64,000 bases of DNA from Intrasporangium sp. (GCF_051961875.1 NZ_JBQCCV010000125.1:36915-100914); one strand, 5' to 3'. Counted from the stretch's first letter, positions 1 to 11,218 are shown. Numbers and translations are program-made. Notes: generated by a model not told the origin, from the letters alone.

Positions 1-1
1 G

Positions 2-1093
2 TGGATCTGGGAGCCCCCAGAGGACTGGGCCCCGCAGCCGCCCAGCGAGAGTGTCGACGGCGTGCCCGTCGCCAGCCGGGTCTGGACCTCACCCGTGACG
101 GAATCACCTTTTGCTGCAACCGAGCTCATTGCCTCGTGGAATGCCACCACACCGCTCTGTGCCTGGCTCGTGGTCGAGGGCCGGGTCCTCGGAGACGAGG
201 CGTGGTCGGCCTGGTTCACCCTCGCGCGGTGGTCGGCCGGCGACCCGGAGGCCGGGTCGCCGGTGCGGCGGACCAGTCTGCTCGGCCAGGACCTGCCCGA
301 GGGGAAGGTCGACACCGACACCTTCATTGCCCGAAACCCCTTCCGCCAGTTCCAGGTTCGCGTCAGCGCTTACACCGGACGCCCTGACGAGTGGCCCGAT
401 GTCAGGCTCGTCGCAGCCCTCGTCAGTGCTCCCGACCCGGTCGGTGAGGACAGCGCCCCGCCGTCGCCCACCGTGACGGAGCTCGGTGTCCCGCCCCTGT
501 CGCAACGACGTCACGCCGGCACCTTCCCGCACTGGGACGGCGGGGGCGGCTCCTGGTGCTCGCCGACCGCGACGACGATGCTGCTCGGGTACTGGGGGCG
601 CACACCGAGCGCCGAGGAGACGGCCTGGGTCGGTCACGACGTCGACCCCGAGGTCGTCCACGCGGTGCGCTCCGTCTTCGACGACGCGTACGGCGGCGCG
701 GGCAACTGGGCATTCAACATCGCGTATGCCGCCGAGCGCGGGCTGCGCGGCTATGTGACCCGCCTCCGCGGGCTGGGGGAGGCGGAGCAGTTCCTCCGGG
801 CCGGGATCCCGCTCGCGGTGTCCGTCCGGTTCACGCCGGAGGACCTACCGGGCGCGGTGTACCGGACGGAGGGCCACCTGCTGACGATCATCGGGTTCAC
901 CCCCGACGGCGACGTCGTCTGCAACGACCCCGGGTCACGCGGGGAAGCGAGCCCCGAGGCGGTGCGCATCGTGTTCCCGCGTGAGGCCTTCGAGCAGGCC
1001 TGGTGGGCCGGCAGCGGCGGCATCGCCTACGTCATCCACCCGCGGGACGTGTCCCTGCCAGCGGCGCCGACCCCGGAGCCGAACTGGGGCTGA
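2..1093 (+). CDS. Peptidase C39-like family protein (5'-partial; frame is open from the window edge)
   Basis: Frame open from nt 2 (WIWEPPEDW...). Catalytic-type motifs WCSPTATTM (Cys), GHLLTIIGF (His) and VCNDP. Confidence 0.8.
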   Translation, partial: WIWEPPEDWAPQPPSESVDGVPVASRVWTSPVTESPFAATELIASWNATTPLCAWLVVEGRVLGDEAWSAWFTLARWSAGDPEAGSPVRRTSLLGQDLPEGKVDTDTFIARNPFRQFQVRVSAYTGRPDEWPDVRLVAALVSAPDPVGEDSAPPSPTVTELGVPPLSQRRHAGTFPHWDGGGGSWCSPTATTMLLGYWGRTPSAEETAWVGHDVDPEVVHAVRSVFDDAYGGAGNWAFNIAYAAERGLRGYVTRLRGLGEAEQFLRAGIPLAVSVRFTPEDLPGAVYRTEGHLLTIIGFTPDGDVVCNDPGSRGEASPEAVRIVFPREAFEQAWWAGSGGIAYVIHPRDVSLPAAPTPEPNWG

Positions 1094-1112
1094 CGTGCCC
1101 GACACTGGTGGC

Positions 1113-1481
1113 ATGACCGCCCACGTCCCTCCCGGCTGGCCCGAGGGCGTCCCCCCGGCCCACACCCCGGGGTGGGAGCACCGGGCCGTCCTCTGGCTGC
1201 TCGACCAGTGCCCGCCCGACTACCGCGCTCACGATGCCTGGCGGCGTCACCCGATCGCCCTGGCGTGGCTGGCGGGCAAGCACCTCGACGGCCAGGTCGA
1301 GGCGATGCGCGTGGCGTGGCGGGAGGCCCGGGTCGCGCTCGGTCCGCACCTGCCGCCCGAGGCGCTGCCCGAGGTGATGTCGCAGATCGAGGCCGAGGGG
1401 ATCCGGCTGCTCGCTGCGTCGCGGTCGGTCCGGCTGCTCCTCGAGGCGCTGGAGGGCAAGGTGTTCGCACCCCGCCTGTGA
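1113..1481 (+). CDS. Conserved actinobacterial hypothetical protein
   Basis: ATG at 1113 (or GTG 1095) directly after the C39 gene stop; protein-like sequence PPGWP...W..RAVLWLLDQCPPDYR.. Confidence 0.65.
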   Translation: MTAHVPPGWPEGVPPAHTPGWEHRAVLWLLDQCPPDYRAHDAWRRHPIALAWLAGKHLDGQVEAMRVAWREARVALGPHLPPEALPEVMSQIEAEGIRLLAASRSVRLLLEALEGKVFAPRL

Positions 1482-1536
1482 CCGGTGGGTCACGCGGCTC
1501 CCGGCTGAGCGGCATACGGTGTGACCCCCGGGGCGG

Positions 1537-3459
1537 ATGGGGGACGCCGTAGACTCGACCGATGACATGCACGAGAGGACGACGCACAGCGTGAGCCTGC
1601 TGGAGACGATCACCGGCCCGGCGGACCTGCGGGCCCTGCCCGCGGAGCGGATGCCGGAGCTGGCCGAGGAGATCCGGGCGTTCCTGGTGGGCGAGGTGAG
1701 CAAGACCGGGGGCCATCTCGGACCCAACCTGGGGGTCGTCGAGCTCACCATCGCGCTGCACCGGGTGTTCGACTCGCCGCGCGATGCGATCGTCTTCGAC
1801 ACCGGCCACCAGTCCTACGTGCACAAGCTGCTCACCGGCCGGCACGACTTCAGCAAGCTGAAGAAGCAGGGAGGGCTCTCCGGCTACCCGAGCCGGGCGG
1901 AGTCCGAGCACGACATCGTCGAGAACTCACACGCGTCGACCGCCCTCTCCTGGGCTGACGGCATCGCGAAGGGAAGGCGGCTGCGCGGCGAGCGCGGCCG
2001 GCACACGGTGGCGGTGATCGGCGACGGGGCCCTGACCGGCGGGATGGCGTGGGAGGCGATGAACAACATCGCCGTGGACAAGGACCTCCCGCTCGTCGTC
2101 GTCGTCAACGACAACGAGCGTTCCTATGCCCCGACGATCGGTGGGCTCGCCGAGCACCTCGCGACGCTGCGGACGACCCGCGGCTACGAGCGGGTCCTCG
2201 CGTGGGGCAAGCGCTCGCTCGCGCGCACCCCTCTCGTCGGCGATGCGGTGTTCGACACCCTCCACGGGGTCAAGAAGGGGCTCAAGGACATCGTCGCCCC
2301 GCAGGGCATGTTCGAAGACCTCGGCCTCAAGTACTACGGGCCGGTCGACGGGCATGACGAGCAGGCCGTCGAGCGGGCGCTGCGCCAGGCACGTGAGTTC
2401 GGCGGCCCCGTCATCGTCCACGTCATCACCCAGAAGGGCCGCGGCTACCAGCCCGCGCTCGACGACATGGCCGACCACATGCACGGCATCGGCAAGATCA
2501 ACCCCGAGACGGGCCTGCCGTTCGAGGTCGCCGGTCGGATCTGGACCGATGAGTTCAACGACGAGATGGTGCGCCTCGGCGCCGAGCGGGACGACCTCGT
2601 GGCGCTCACCGCGGCGATGCTCATCCCCGTCGGGCTGGACGGCTTCGCCGCCGCCTACCCCGAGCGGGTCTTCGACGTCGGCATCGCCGAGCAGCACGCC
2701 GTGACCATGGCCTCCGGACTCGCCTACACCGGACTGCACCCCGTGGTGGCCCTCTACGCGACGTTCCTCAACCGCGCGTTCGACCAGATGCTGATGGACT
2801 GCGCGCTGCATCGGGCCGGCGTGACGTTCGTGCTGGACCGGGCCGGCATCACCGGCAGCGACGGCCCGTCGCACAACGGTATGTGGGACATGACCCTGAT
2901 GTCGGTCGTCCCCGGGCTGCGGCTCGCAGCCCCCCGCGACGGCGACCAGGTCCGGCAGCAGCTGCGCGAGGCGGTCGCCGTCACCGACGGCCCGACCGTG
3001 ATCCGCTTCCCCAAGGGCGATGTCGCCGAGCCGGTCCGGGCCGTCCGCCAGGAGGGCGACGTCGACGTCCTCTTCGAGACCGGCACGGACGACGTCGACC
3101 TTCTCGTCGTCGGAGTGGGCGCCTTCGCCGGGTTGGCCGTCGACGTGGGGGAGAAGATCGCCGCGCTCGGTCACTCCGTGCGCGTCGTCGACCCGAGGTG
3201 GGTCCTGCCGGTCAGCCCCTCGGTCGTCGACCTCGCTGGGCATGCCGGTGCCGTGACCGTCATCGAGGACAACCTCGTCAGCGGCGGAGTGGGGGCCGCC
3301 GTGACCCACGCGCTGCGTGAGTCGGGACGCGACGTGCCGGTCCACCTGCACGGCATCCCCAAGCGTTTCCTCGACCACGCCTCCCGGGGCCAGCTGCTCG
3401 AGGAGCTCGGCCTCACGGCCGAGGCCATCGTCGCCGACCTCCAGCGGCGGCTCTCCTGA
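1537..3459 (+). CDS. dxs: 1-deoxy-D-xylulose-5-phosphate synthase
   Basis: [31 protein letters not shown] and DVGIAEQHA motifs. True start may be 1567 or 1591. Confidence 0.97.
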   Translation: MGDAVDSTDDMHERTTHSVSLLETITGPADLRALPAERMPELAEEIRAFLVGEVSKTGGHLGPNLGVVELTIALHRVFDSPRDAIVFDTGHQSYVHKLLTGRHDFSKLKKQGGLSGYPSRAESEHDIVENSHASTALSWADGIAKGRRLRGERGRHTVAVIGDGALTGGMAWEAMNNIAVDKDLPLVVVVNDNERSYAPTIGGLAEHLATLRTTRGYERVLAWGKRSLARTPLVGDAVFDTLHGVKKGLKDIVAPQGMFEDLGLKYYGPVDGHDEQAVERALRQAREFGGPVIVHVITQKGRGYQPALDDMADHMHGIGKINPETGLPFEVAGRIWTDEFNDEMVRLGAERDDLVALTAAMLIPVGLDGFAAAYPERVFDVGIAEQHAVTMASGLAYTGLHPVVALYATFLNRAFDQMLMDCALHRAGVTFVLDRAGITGSDGPSHNGMWDMTLMSVVPGLRLAAPRDGDQVRQQLREAVAVTDGPTVIRFPKGDVAEPVRAVRQEGDVDVLFETGTDDVDLLVVGVGAFAGLAVDVGEKIAALGHSVRVVDPRWVLPVSPSVVDLAGHAGAVTVIEDNLVSGGVGAAVTHALRESGRDVPVHLHGIPKRFLDHASRGQLLEELGLTAEAIVADLQRRLS

Positions 3460-3461
3460 CA

Positions 3462-3492
3462 CCGGCGCCCCCCGATGGGCGGGGCGCTCCGG
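3462..3492 (+). terminator. Possible GC-rich hairpin after dxs
   Basis: CCGGCGCCCC...GGGGCG(CT)CCGG imperfect inverted repeat 2 nt after the stop; no U-tract. Confidence 0.4.
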
Positions 3493-3647
3493 CGTGGAGG
3501 CGGCCCACATGCGCGATCCGCCATTGTGGTGTGCACCACTACGGATACCGCCAGTGGCCGGAACTACGGTCACCGGCAGCGGTTGGGTGACAACGGAATC
3601 TCGTTGCAGCAAGGGCGCGAGCACCCGGCCGGAGCTGGAGGACGTCC

Positions 3648-4868
3648 GTGTCGAAGCGTTGGAGCCTCGCCCTCGCGAGCAGCCTGATCACCCTGTCCCT
3701 CGCGGCCTGCGGCAGCCCCGGCCAGCCCGGCAGCGCCGCCAACGAGACGCCCGGGGGCGGCCAGGGGGCCGCCTCCGGCGAGCCCTACAAGGTCGGCCTC
3801 GTCTACTCGAAGAGCGGACCGCTCGCCACCTACGGTGAGCAGTACCGGCAGGCGCTCACCGTCGGCATCGACTACGCCACCAAGGGCGCCGGCGCGGTGG
3901 GCGGCCACAAGATCGAGATCAGCGAGCAGGACGACGCGGGCGACCCGGCCAAGGCCGTCGCCGCCGCCACCGACCTGATCGGCAAGGGCAACAAGATCAT
4001 CGCCGGCTCCACCGCCTCCGGCGTCGCCCTCCAGGTCGCACCGATCGCCGCGGACAACAAGGTGCTCTTCATCTCCGGTCCCGCGGCCGTCGACGCCGTC
4101 ACGGGCGCGAACAAGTACACCTTCCGCTCCGGCCGCCAGACCTGGCAGGACGTCGCGACAGCCGGCGCGATGCTGGGCGACGTCAGCGGGAAGAGGATCA
4201 CCGTCCTGGCCCAGGACAGCGCGTTCGGCAAGGCCAACATCGCCGCGGTGACGGCAGTGCTCGGCGGCAAGGGCGGCAAGGTCGACTCCGTCGCCGTCCC
4301 GGCCGCCGCCACCGACTTCACGCCGTTCGCGACGAAGATCAAGGAGTCCAAGCCCGACCTGCTGTTCGTGGCCTGGGCCGGCACCAACGCGACGGCGATG
4401 TGGACGACGCTCGAACAGCAGGCAGTCTTCGACGCGACGAAGGTCGTGACCGGCCTCGACATCAAGCCGACCCACCCACTGTTCGGTGCGGCCGGAACGA
4501 AGATCGACTTCCTCTCCCACTTCTTCGATGGCGCAGCCGACAACGCCGTCTACCAGGCGCTCGACAAGGGCATGAAGGCGCAGAACGCATCCGTCGACCT
4601 GTTCACCAACGACGGCTTCGTCGCGGGTCAGATGATCGTCCACGCGCTCGAGGCGAGCGGCGACGACGCCGACAAGATGGTGGCGGCCCTCGAGGGCTGG
4701 AAGTTCGAGGGCCCCAAGGGGCAGATGGAGATCCGCGCGGAGGACCACGCCCTGCTCCAGCCGATGTTCACCGCCAGCCTCAAGAAGGAGGGCGACAATG
4801 TTGTCCCCGTCCTCGGCAAGACGCTGGACGCCGCCACGGTCGCCCCGCCGGTCACGCCGTTCAAGTGA
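3648..4868 (+). CDS. ABC transporter substrate-binding lipoprotein, HAAT/LivJ-like (PBP type 1)
   Basis: Lipobox LAAC, GGAGG RBS, PBP1 branched-chain family features; first gene of a liv-like operon. Confidence 0.9.
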   Translation: MSKRWSLALASSLITLSLAACGSPGQPGSAANETPGGGQGAASGEPYKVGLVYSKSGPLATYGEQYRQALTVGIDYATKGAGAVGGHKIEISEQDDAGDPAKAVAAATDLIGKGNKIIAGSTASGVALQVAPIAADNKVLFISGPAAVDAVTGANKYTFRSGRQTWQDVATAGAMLGDVSGKRITVLAQDSAFGKANIAAVTAVLGGKGGKVDSVAVPAAATDFTPFATKIKESKPDLLFVAWAGTNATAMWTTLEQQAVFDATKVVTGLDIKPTHPLFGAAGTKIDFLSHFFDGAADNAVYQALDKGMKAQNASVDLFTNDGFVAGQMIVHALEASGDDADKMVAALEGWKFEGPKGQMEIRAEDHALLQPMFTASLKKEGDNVVPVLGKTLDAATVAPPVTPFK

Positions 4869-5599
4869 TCGAGGCAACCGCAGTCGGCTGGCGGGTCGGC
4901 GGGGCGCGGATCCTCGACGACGTCTGCCTGTCCGTCGGGGCCGGTGAGCTGCTCGGCATCATCGGCCCGAACGGGGCGGGCAAGTCCTCCCTCGTCAACA
5001 TCCTCTCCGGAGTGCGCCGCCCGACCACGGGGCGAATCGCGCTGGGGGACAGGGACGTCACGAGGACCAGCGCCACGAAGCGCGCGCGTATGGGGCTGGC
5101 CCGCTCGTTCCAGACGTCGGCGCTCTTCGACGGCCTCACCGCCGGCGAGAACGTCCGCCTCGCCATCCAGGCGTCCGGCGAGCGGCCCTTCTCGCCCTTC
5201 CGCCGCGCCGCGGGTGACGGGGCCGAGCAGATCGACGCGCTCCTGACAAGGGTCCGTATGCCGGGCCGCGCGGGCACCCTCGCGCGTGACCTCTCGCACG
5301 GGGACCGGCGCAAGCTCGAGCTCGCCATGGCCCTCGCGTCCGACCCCTCGGTCCTCCTTCTCGACGAGCCCATGGCCGGTGTCTCGGCCGAGGACGTCGA
5401 CGGCCTGGCCGACATCATCGGCGAGGTCCGCGACAGGGGGGTCGCCGTGGCGATGGTCGAGCACCACATGCACGTCGTCCTGGGCCTCGCCGACCGGGTC
5501 GCGGTCCTGCACCACGGGCAGGTCCTCGCGACAGGGTCGCCCGACGAGGTCACCGCGGATGAGCGCGTCCAGCAGGCCTACCTCGGGGAGGCATTGTGA
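4865..5599 (+). CDS. ABC transporter ATP-binding protein (LivG-like)
   Basis: GTGA overlap with SBP stop; GPNGAGKS, LSHGDRRKLE, LLLDEP, VEHHM. Confidence 0.9.
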   Translation: MIEATAVGWRVGGARILDDVCLSVGAGELLGIIGPNGAGKSSLVNILSGVRRPTTGRIALGDRDVTRTSATKRARMGLARSFQTSALFDGLTAGENVRLAIQASGERPFSPFRRAAGDGAEQIDALLTRVRMPGRAGTLARDLSHGDRRKLELAMALASDPSVLLLDEPMAGVSAEDVDGLADIIGEVRDRGVAVAMVEHHMHVVLGLADRVAVLHHGQVLATGSPDEVTADERVQQAYLGEAL

Positions 5600-6324
5600 G
5601 CACAGACAAGCCAGCCGCGATCCTGCGGGTCGAGGACCTCCACGTGCGCTACGGCGGGTCACACATCCTGCAGGGCGTCTCGTTCGACGTCGCGTCGACG
5701 GGCGTCACCGCGCTGCTCGGGCGCAACGGCGTCGGCAAGACGACCACCCTCAAGGCGATCCTCGGCCTCGCACCGCGCACGGGACGGATCGTCGCGGCGG
5801 GCACGGATATCCAGAAGCAGGCGACGACGCGCATCGTGCGCGATGGCATCGGCTACGTCCCCGAGAACCGGGAGGTCTTCGCAGGCCTGACTGTCGAGGA
5901 GAACCTGCGCCTCGTCGACCGCGAGCGCGGCATCGACACGCCGGCCGTCCGACGGCTCTTCCCGGACCTCGTGAAGCGCCGCGGCCAGCGTGCCGGCACC
6001 CTTTCCGGGGGCCAGCAGCAGATGGTCGCGCTCGCCCGCGTCCTGCTCCGGCCGACCAGGCTGCTGCTGATCGACGAGCCGACCAAGGGCCTGGCGCCCA
6101 AGCTCGTCACCGAGGTCGCCGACGTGCTCGCCGAGGTCGCCCGCTCGACGCCCATCCTGCTCGTCGAGCAGAACCTGCCGCTCGTGCGGCGCATCGCCGA
6201 CGACGTCGTCGTCCTCGACGCGGGCCGCGTCGTCCACCGCGGCTCGGCCGCGGACCTGATCGCCGATGCGGAGCGCACCCGCGAGCTGCTCGGCGTCTCC
6301 ATGCGCAAGGAGGGCGCGGCGTGA
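5596..6324 (+). CDS. ABC transporter ATP-binding protein (LivF-like)
   Basis: GRNGVGKTT, LSGGQQQM, LLIDEPTKGLAP, LVEQN. Confidence 0.92.
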   Translation: MSTDKPAAILRVEDLHVRYGGSHILQGVSFDVASTGVTALLGRNGVGKTTTLKAILGLAPRTGRIVAAGTDIQKQATTRIVRDGIGYVPENREVFAGLTVEENLRLVDRERGIDTPAVRRLFPDLVKRRGQRAGTLSGGQQQMVALARVLLRPTRLLLIDEPTKGLAPKLVTEVADVLAEVARSTPILLVEQNLPLVRRIADDVVVLDAGRVVHRGSAADLIADAERTRELLGVSMRKEGAA

Positions 6325-7208
6325 ACGACCTGCTCCTGCTCGTCGCCACGGGGCTCGGCCTCGGGGCGCTCTACTTCCTCGCCGCGAGCGGGCTCAGCCT
6401 CATCTACGGCCTCATGGGTGTGCTCAACTTCGCCCACGGCGCGTTCATGATGGCCGGCTCCTACGCCGGCTGGTGGACGATGACCTCGCTGCTGCCCGCG
6501 TCGACGGCTGTCGCCGCGCGGCTCGCCGCCGCCATCGCCGTCGCCCTCCTCGTCGGCGCCCTCGTCGGGTTCCTCGTCGAGGTCGTCCTCATCCGACCGC
6601 TCTACCGACACCACATCCAGCAGGTCCTCGTCACCGTCGGGCTCTCCCTCGCCAGCATCGCTGCGGCCCAAGGCATCTGGGGAGCCGACCCGAAGCCCCT
6701 GCCCAAGCCGCAGTGGATGACGCAGACCACGGAGCTGTTCGGGGCCCGCCTCCCGAACGACCGCTTCGTCTTCATCCTCGCCGCCCTCGCGCTGTTCCTC
6801 GGGCTGCTCGCGCTGCTCCACCTGACTCAGTTCGGCCTCGTGATCCGCGCGGGCGTGGAGAACCGCACCATGGTTGAGGCGCTCGGCATCAACGTCCGAC
6901 GCACCTTCACCATCGTCTTCGCGATCGGGGGTGCCGCCGCAAGTGTCGCCGGCCTGCTCTACTCGCAGTACAGCGGGACCGTCTCGCCCGCCCAGGGTGG
7001 CTCGTTGCTCATCTACGCGTTCATCGTCGTCGTCATCGGCGGCATGGGATCGCTACCCGGCACCGCCGTCGCGGCCGTCGCGGTGGGACTGGTCCAGCAG
7101 CTCGCGAACTACTACGCCGCCAGCGGGGTCGGCGACCTGTCCGTCGTCCTCCTGCTCGCCCTTGTCCTGCTCCTGCGGCCCAGCGCCATGAAGGGGGCGA
7201 TGGCATGA
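6321..7208 (+). CDS. Branched-chain amino acid-type ABC permease (LivH-like)
   Basis: GTG at 6321 overlapping the previous stop; GLSLIYGLMGVLNFAHG motif; hydrophobic. Confidence 0.9.
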   Translation: MNDLLLLVATGLGLGALYFLAASGLSLIYGLMGVLNFAHGAFMMAGSYAGWWTMTSLLPASTAVAARLAAAIAVALLVGALVGFLVEVVLIRPLYRHHIQQVLVTVGLSLASIAAAQGIWGADPKPLPKPQWMTQTTELFGARLPNDRFVFILAALALFLGLLALLHLTQFGLVIRAGVENRTMVEALGINVRRTFTIVFAIGGAAASVAGLLYSQYSGTVSPAQGGSLLIYAFIVVVIGGMGSLPGTAVAAVAVGLVQQLANYYAASGVGDLSVVLLLALVLLLRPSAMKGAMA

Positions 7209-8398
7209 GCGCCGACTGGAGGGAGGACACGAACGAGGAACGAGTGAGGCCCGGAGCGCACGGAAGGGGCGCGACAATGAGCATGAGCTCCCCGACCCTC
7301 TCCAGCACGGCAGAGACGGGCCAGACCGCGACGAGCGGCGCCGCGCGCCACCCGCTGCACAGCTACAGGAGGCGACTGGTCCTCCGGCTGCTCCCGGCCG
7401 TCGTCATCGTCGCGGTCCTCGCCTACCTGCCCTATGTGCCGACCGAGCTGCCCGGGCTCTTGCCCGGCCGGGTCAACGGCCCGGGGTCGATGCAGCTGCT
7501 CGCCACGTGCCTCGTCATGGCCGGCATCGCCCTCAGCTACGACGTCATCTTCGGGCGGACGGGGCTGCTCAGCTTCGGCCACGCACTCTTCGTCGCGGCC
7601 GGCAGCTACCTGCTGACGATCGCGCTCTCGACGTGGTCGCTGCCCCTGTGGGCCTCGATCCCGGTCGCGCTCGGGCTCACCACGCTCCTCGCCCTGGTGG
7701 TGGGCGCGGTCGCACTGCGCGTCGGTGGTATCGCCTTCGCCATGGTCACCCTCGCCTTCGCGCAGGCGGCCTCGATCATCGTCCTGCGCAACCCGGGCGA
7801 GGTGACCGGCGGCGAGGAGGGCAAGAGCCTCAACCGGCACGCGATCCCGGACCTGCTCGTCGGTGTCGCCAACGCGCCCTACCGCTACTGGCTCGCGCTC
7901 GCGTTCGCCGTGTTCGCGGCCGTCGTCGTCACGCTCCTCGTCCGGTCCCGGGCCGGTCACGCCATGGCCGCCGTCCGCGAGAACGAGGGCCGCGCCGCCG
8001 TCCTTGGGCTGCCGGTCTACCGGGTCAAGCTGCTCGCGATCGTCGTCGGCGCCTTCCTCGGCGGTCTGGGCGGCATCGTGCACGCACTCGTCCTCGGCGG
8101 CGCCAACCCGCACCTCACGACCACCGAGTTCACCCTCGGCCTGCTCGTCATGGTCGTCCTCGGCGGCGCGGGCCGCACGTGGGGCGCCCTCCTCGGCGGG
8201 TTCCTCTACCACTACGCGGATGCCCGGCTCGTCGAGGTGAGCGGCTCGTCGCTGCTGCAGTCGCTGCCCGACGTCGTGGGACGGGTGCTGGCGCAGCCGC
8301 TCTTCATCCTCGGCATCTTCTTCGTCGTCGTCGTGTACTTCGCCCCGACCGGCCTCGCCGGACTGGGCGCCCGTCTGTTCCGGAAAGGACGTGCCTGA
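7205..8398 (+). CDS. Branched-chain amino acid-type ABC permease (LivM-like)
   Basis: GRTGLLSFGHA, AVRENE..A..LG, VVLGG motifs. Start may be at 7278. Confidence 0.9.
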   Translation: MSADWREDTNEERVRPGAHGRGATMSMSSPTLSSTAETGQTATSGAARHPLHSYRRRLVLRLLPAVVIVAVLAYLPYVPTELPGLLPGRVNGPGSMQLLATCLVMAGIALSYDVIFGRTGLLSFGHALFVAAGSYLLTIALSTWSLPLWASIPVALGLTTLLALVVGAVALRVGGIAFAMVTLAFAQAASIIVLRNPGEVTGGEEGKSLNRHAIPDLLVGVANAPYRYWLALAFAVFAAVVVTLLVRSRAGHAMAAVRENEGRAAVLGLPVYRVKLLAIVVGAFLGGLGGIVHALVLGGANPHLTTTEFTLGLLVMVVLGGAGRTWGALLGGFLYHYADARLVEVSGSSLLQSLPDVVGRVLAQPLFILGIFFVVVVYFAPTGLAGLGARLFRKGRA

Positions 8399-9336
8399 TG
8401 ACCACCGAACCCGCCTTCGTGATGGAACTGCCCGTCGGGAGTGTCGCGATCCACGACCTCACCGTCGGCACACCGGCCGACGACGCCCCGGTCGTGCTCG
8501 CCGTGCACGGCATCACCGCCAACGGCCTGTCCTGGCGTGAGGTGGCCGACGAGGTCGACCGTCGCCACGGCTCCGCGGTGCGCTTCCTCGCGCCCGACCT
8601 CCGAGGCCGGGCGGCGAGCGCCGCGGCGGCCGGTCCCTATGGGCTGCAGACGCACGTGGCCGACCTCGCCACGATCGCCTCCATCTTCGGGGCCCAGCCC
8701 GTGCTCGTCGGGCACTCGATGGGCGCCTTCATCGCCGGGCTCGCCGTCGCCACCCATCCCGATCGCTTCGCGGGAGCCGTCCTCGTCGACGGCGGCCTCG
8801 CCTTCCCGGCCCCCGAGGGGCTCGACATCGACGCGGCCCTCAAGGCCGTCATCGGCCCGGCTATGGACCGGTTGTCGATGCGGTTTGCCAGCCCCGCGGC
8901 ATACGTCGAGTTCTGGAGCGAGCACCCCGCGCTCGGGCCGGCGCTGCACGGCCCGGCGGGGGACGCCCTGCGCGCCTATCTCGAGCACGACCTCGTGCCC
9001 GCCGACGGGCAGTGGCGCAGCAGCTGCGTCATCGAGGCGGTCCGGGCCGACGGCGCCGACGTCCTCACCGACGCCGAGACCCACGGTGCCGTGGCACGCG
9101 CCGCCGCGGACGGCACCGGCATGGACTTCGTCTGGGCCCACCGCGGACTGCTCGACGAGGCCCAGGGCCTCTACGACAAGGACCGCCTCGCTGCCCTCGG
9201 CGTGCCGGACGAGGTCACCGTGCAGGACGTCGACGCGAACCACTACACGGTCATCCTGGAAGAGCCCGGCGTGACCGCGATCGCGGACGCGATCGACCGC
9301 CGGCTCGCGGCCGTCCCGCCCCTCAGCGAGGCGTGA
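8398..9336 (+). CDS. Alpha/beta fold hydrolase (esterase/lipase-like)
   Basis: TGATG coupling with the permease; HGITA oxyanion motif, DLRGR, nucleophile GHSMG, C-terminal NHYTV. Confidence 0.88.
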   Translation: MTTEPAFVMELPVGSVAIHDLTVGTPADDAPVVLAVHGITANGLSWREVADEVDRRHGSAVRFLAPDLRGRAASAAAAGPYGLQTHVADLATIASIFGAQPVLVGHSMGAFIAGLAVATHPDRFAGAVLVDGGLAFPAPEGLDIDAALKAVIGPAMDRLSMRFASPAAYVEFWSEHPALGPALHGPAGDALRAYLEHDLVPADGQWRSSCVIEAVRADGADVLTDAETHGAVARAAADGTGMDFVWAHRGLLDEAQGLYDKDRLAALGVPDEVTVQDVDANHYTVILEEPGVTAIADAIDRRLAAVPPLSEA

Positions 9337-11218
9337 GGAGCAGGTCCCGCAGGCGGAGGGCGAGCTGGATCTCGAGGGCGCGGTCGGGCCGCTGCCAGGT
9401 GTCCCCGAGCAGCGCCGAGATCCGCTCCAGCCGCTGGGAGACCGTGTTGACGTGCACGTGCAGCTGCCCGGCCGCATGGCGCGGGCTCGCACCCGCCGCG
9501 AAGTATGCCGTGAGCGTGCCGAGCAGGTCCGTCCCCCGGCGCTCGTCGTAGTCCACGATGGGGCCGAGCACCCGCTCGACGTACTCTCCGATGTCCGGCT
9601 CGGAGCTCACGATGAGCCCGGCGAACCCGAGCTCCGTCGCCGCGCCACCCATGCCCCGGCGTCCCAGCGCGAGGAGCGCCCGGACTGTCCGGACGCCCTC
9701 GGCATGCGCCTCCGGGACGGCCGTGACGCCGGTGATCGGCCCCACGCCCGCCACCGTGGTCTCCGAACGACGGCTCAGCAGGGCCGCCATCGACTTCGCC
9801 AGAGCATCGGGGTCCTCACCGGGCACCAGGGCCACGACCGCCCCGTCGTGGGCTCCGACGAGGGCGTCCTCGCCGGCCAGGGTGCTCGTCGAGAGCAGGA
9901 GGCTGCGCGTCGTCGTGCCGACATCCCCGCGGACCACGAGGAGGCAGAAGGGGCGGTGCGGGTCGAAGCCGGCCGACCGCGCCAGAGAGACCCGGTCGTC
10001 GACCGTCCCGCGGGGGCTGACGAGGTCGGAGACAAGGCGGTTGCGCTCCTGCTGACGTGAGTCGGCCGCCGCGCGCTCGAAGAGCAGGACGAGTGCCGTG
10101 ACGACCGCGGCGCGCTCCACGGTGCGACGGTCCGGATCGCTCAGTGACTCGACGCCGCCGACAAGGAGCGTGCCGAGCCGGTCGCGCATTGCGCTCACCG
10201 GAGCGACATAGACGCCGTCGACCTCGAAGAGCCGCCCCGTGCCCCAGGCCTCCTCGGTCGGCACGCCGAGGTCCTCGGGGACCGGCCCGGACTGGCTGCG
10301 CCGTTCGCCGGTCTCGTCGGCGAGCACCGCCCAGCCGCCCAGCAGCTCGGACAGCGACTTCGTGATGCCATCCACGCCGCCTCCCTCGAGGACGAGGGAG
10401 GCGAAGCGGTCGTGGGCCGCCGCAGCCTTCTCGACACCGGCGGCATACTGCCGGACCGTCTCGTGTGCTTGGGACAGGGCCTTCACGGCCTGCTCCGCGT
10501 CCGCCCGGGCGCGGGTCTGCACGAGGGTCACGGCGGCCAGCGTGGCGAGGCTGCCGAGGAGGGCGACCTCCTCGCGGGTGAACGGGCGGGGGGAACGGTT
10601 TGCGGCGAAGAGGACCCCGACGAAGTGCGACTCGACGATGAGCGGGGTGCCGCAGATCGCGATGATGCCCTCGTCGCCCACGCCGGAGTCGATGCTGGCC
10701 GTGTGGGCGAAGCGCTCGTCGTTCGTGTAGTCGGCCGTCCAGTACGGCTTGTGCGTCGAGGCGACGAGACCGCCGAGGCCGTCCCCGAGGGCGAGGCGGA
10801 GCGCCTGGAACCGTGCCGAGATCGAGCCGTCGGTGGCTCGCATGAAGGTGTCGCCGCGCTCCGGATCGTAGAGCGTGAGGTAGGCGAGGTCGGTCCGCAT
10901 GAGGATCCGGGCGCGACGGACGATCGCGTCGAGGACCCCGGCGGGGTCGCTCTCGGTCGCCAGCTCGCGGGCGATGTCGAGCAGGGCCGACAGTGCGGCT
11001 TCACGGTCGAGGTGTGCGTCGCGCTCGTGGGTGATCCGCAGCGCCAGCTCACGGGCCCTCGTCGGGGCGGGAGCTGCGACGACGTCACCGACCGAGGCAC
11101 CGGAGGCGACGAGGTCCAGCAGATGCAGCAGCTGGTCTCGTTCCTCAGCGTCCGGCACGGTGCCGATCCTAGGAGGGCCCGGGGTCACGGGGCGCGTGTG
11201 GTCGGGTCCGTCCGGCAT
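9323..11218 (-). CDS. GAF domain + PucR/CdaR C-terminal HTH transcriptional regulator
   Basis: GAF region (GDGLGGLVA..., VGVLFAANR); C-terminal TLTAYFAAG....AAGQLHVHVNTVSQRLERI. ATG overlaps the bdh stop. Confidence 0.88.
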   Translation of the reverse strand: MPDGPDHTRPVTPGPPRIGTVPDAEERDQLLHLLDLVASGASVGDVVAAPAPTRARELALRITHERDAHLDREAALSALLDIARELATESDPAGVLDAIVRRARILMRTDLAYLTLYDPERGDTFMRATDGSISARFQALRLALGDGLGGLVASTHKPYWTADYTNDERFAHTASIDSGVGDEGIIAICGTPLIVESHFVGVLFAANRSPRPFTREEVALLGSLATLAAVTLVQTRARADAEQAVKALSQAHETVRQYAAGVEKAAAAHDRFASLVLEGGGVDGITKSLSELLGGWAVLADETGERRSQSGPVPEDLGVPTEEAWGTGRLFEVDGVYVAPVSAMRDRLGTLLVGGVESLSDPDRRTVERAAVVTALVLLFERAAADSRQQERNRLVSDLVSPRGTVDDRVSLARSAGFDPHRPFCLLVVRGDVGTTTRSLLLSTSTLAGEDALVGAHDGAVVALVPGEDPDALAKSMAALLSRRSETTVAGVGPITGVTAVPEAHAEGVRTVRALLALGRRGMGGAATELGFAGLIVSSEPDIGEYVERVLGPIVDYDERRGTDLLGTLTAYFAAGASPRHAAGQLHVHVNTVSQRLERISALLGDTWQRPDRALEIQLALRLRDLLLTPR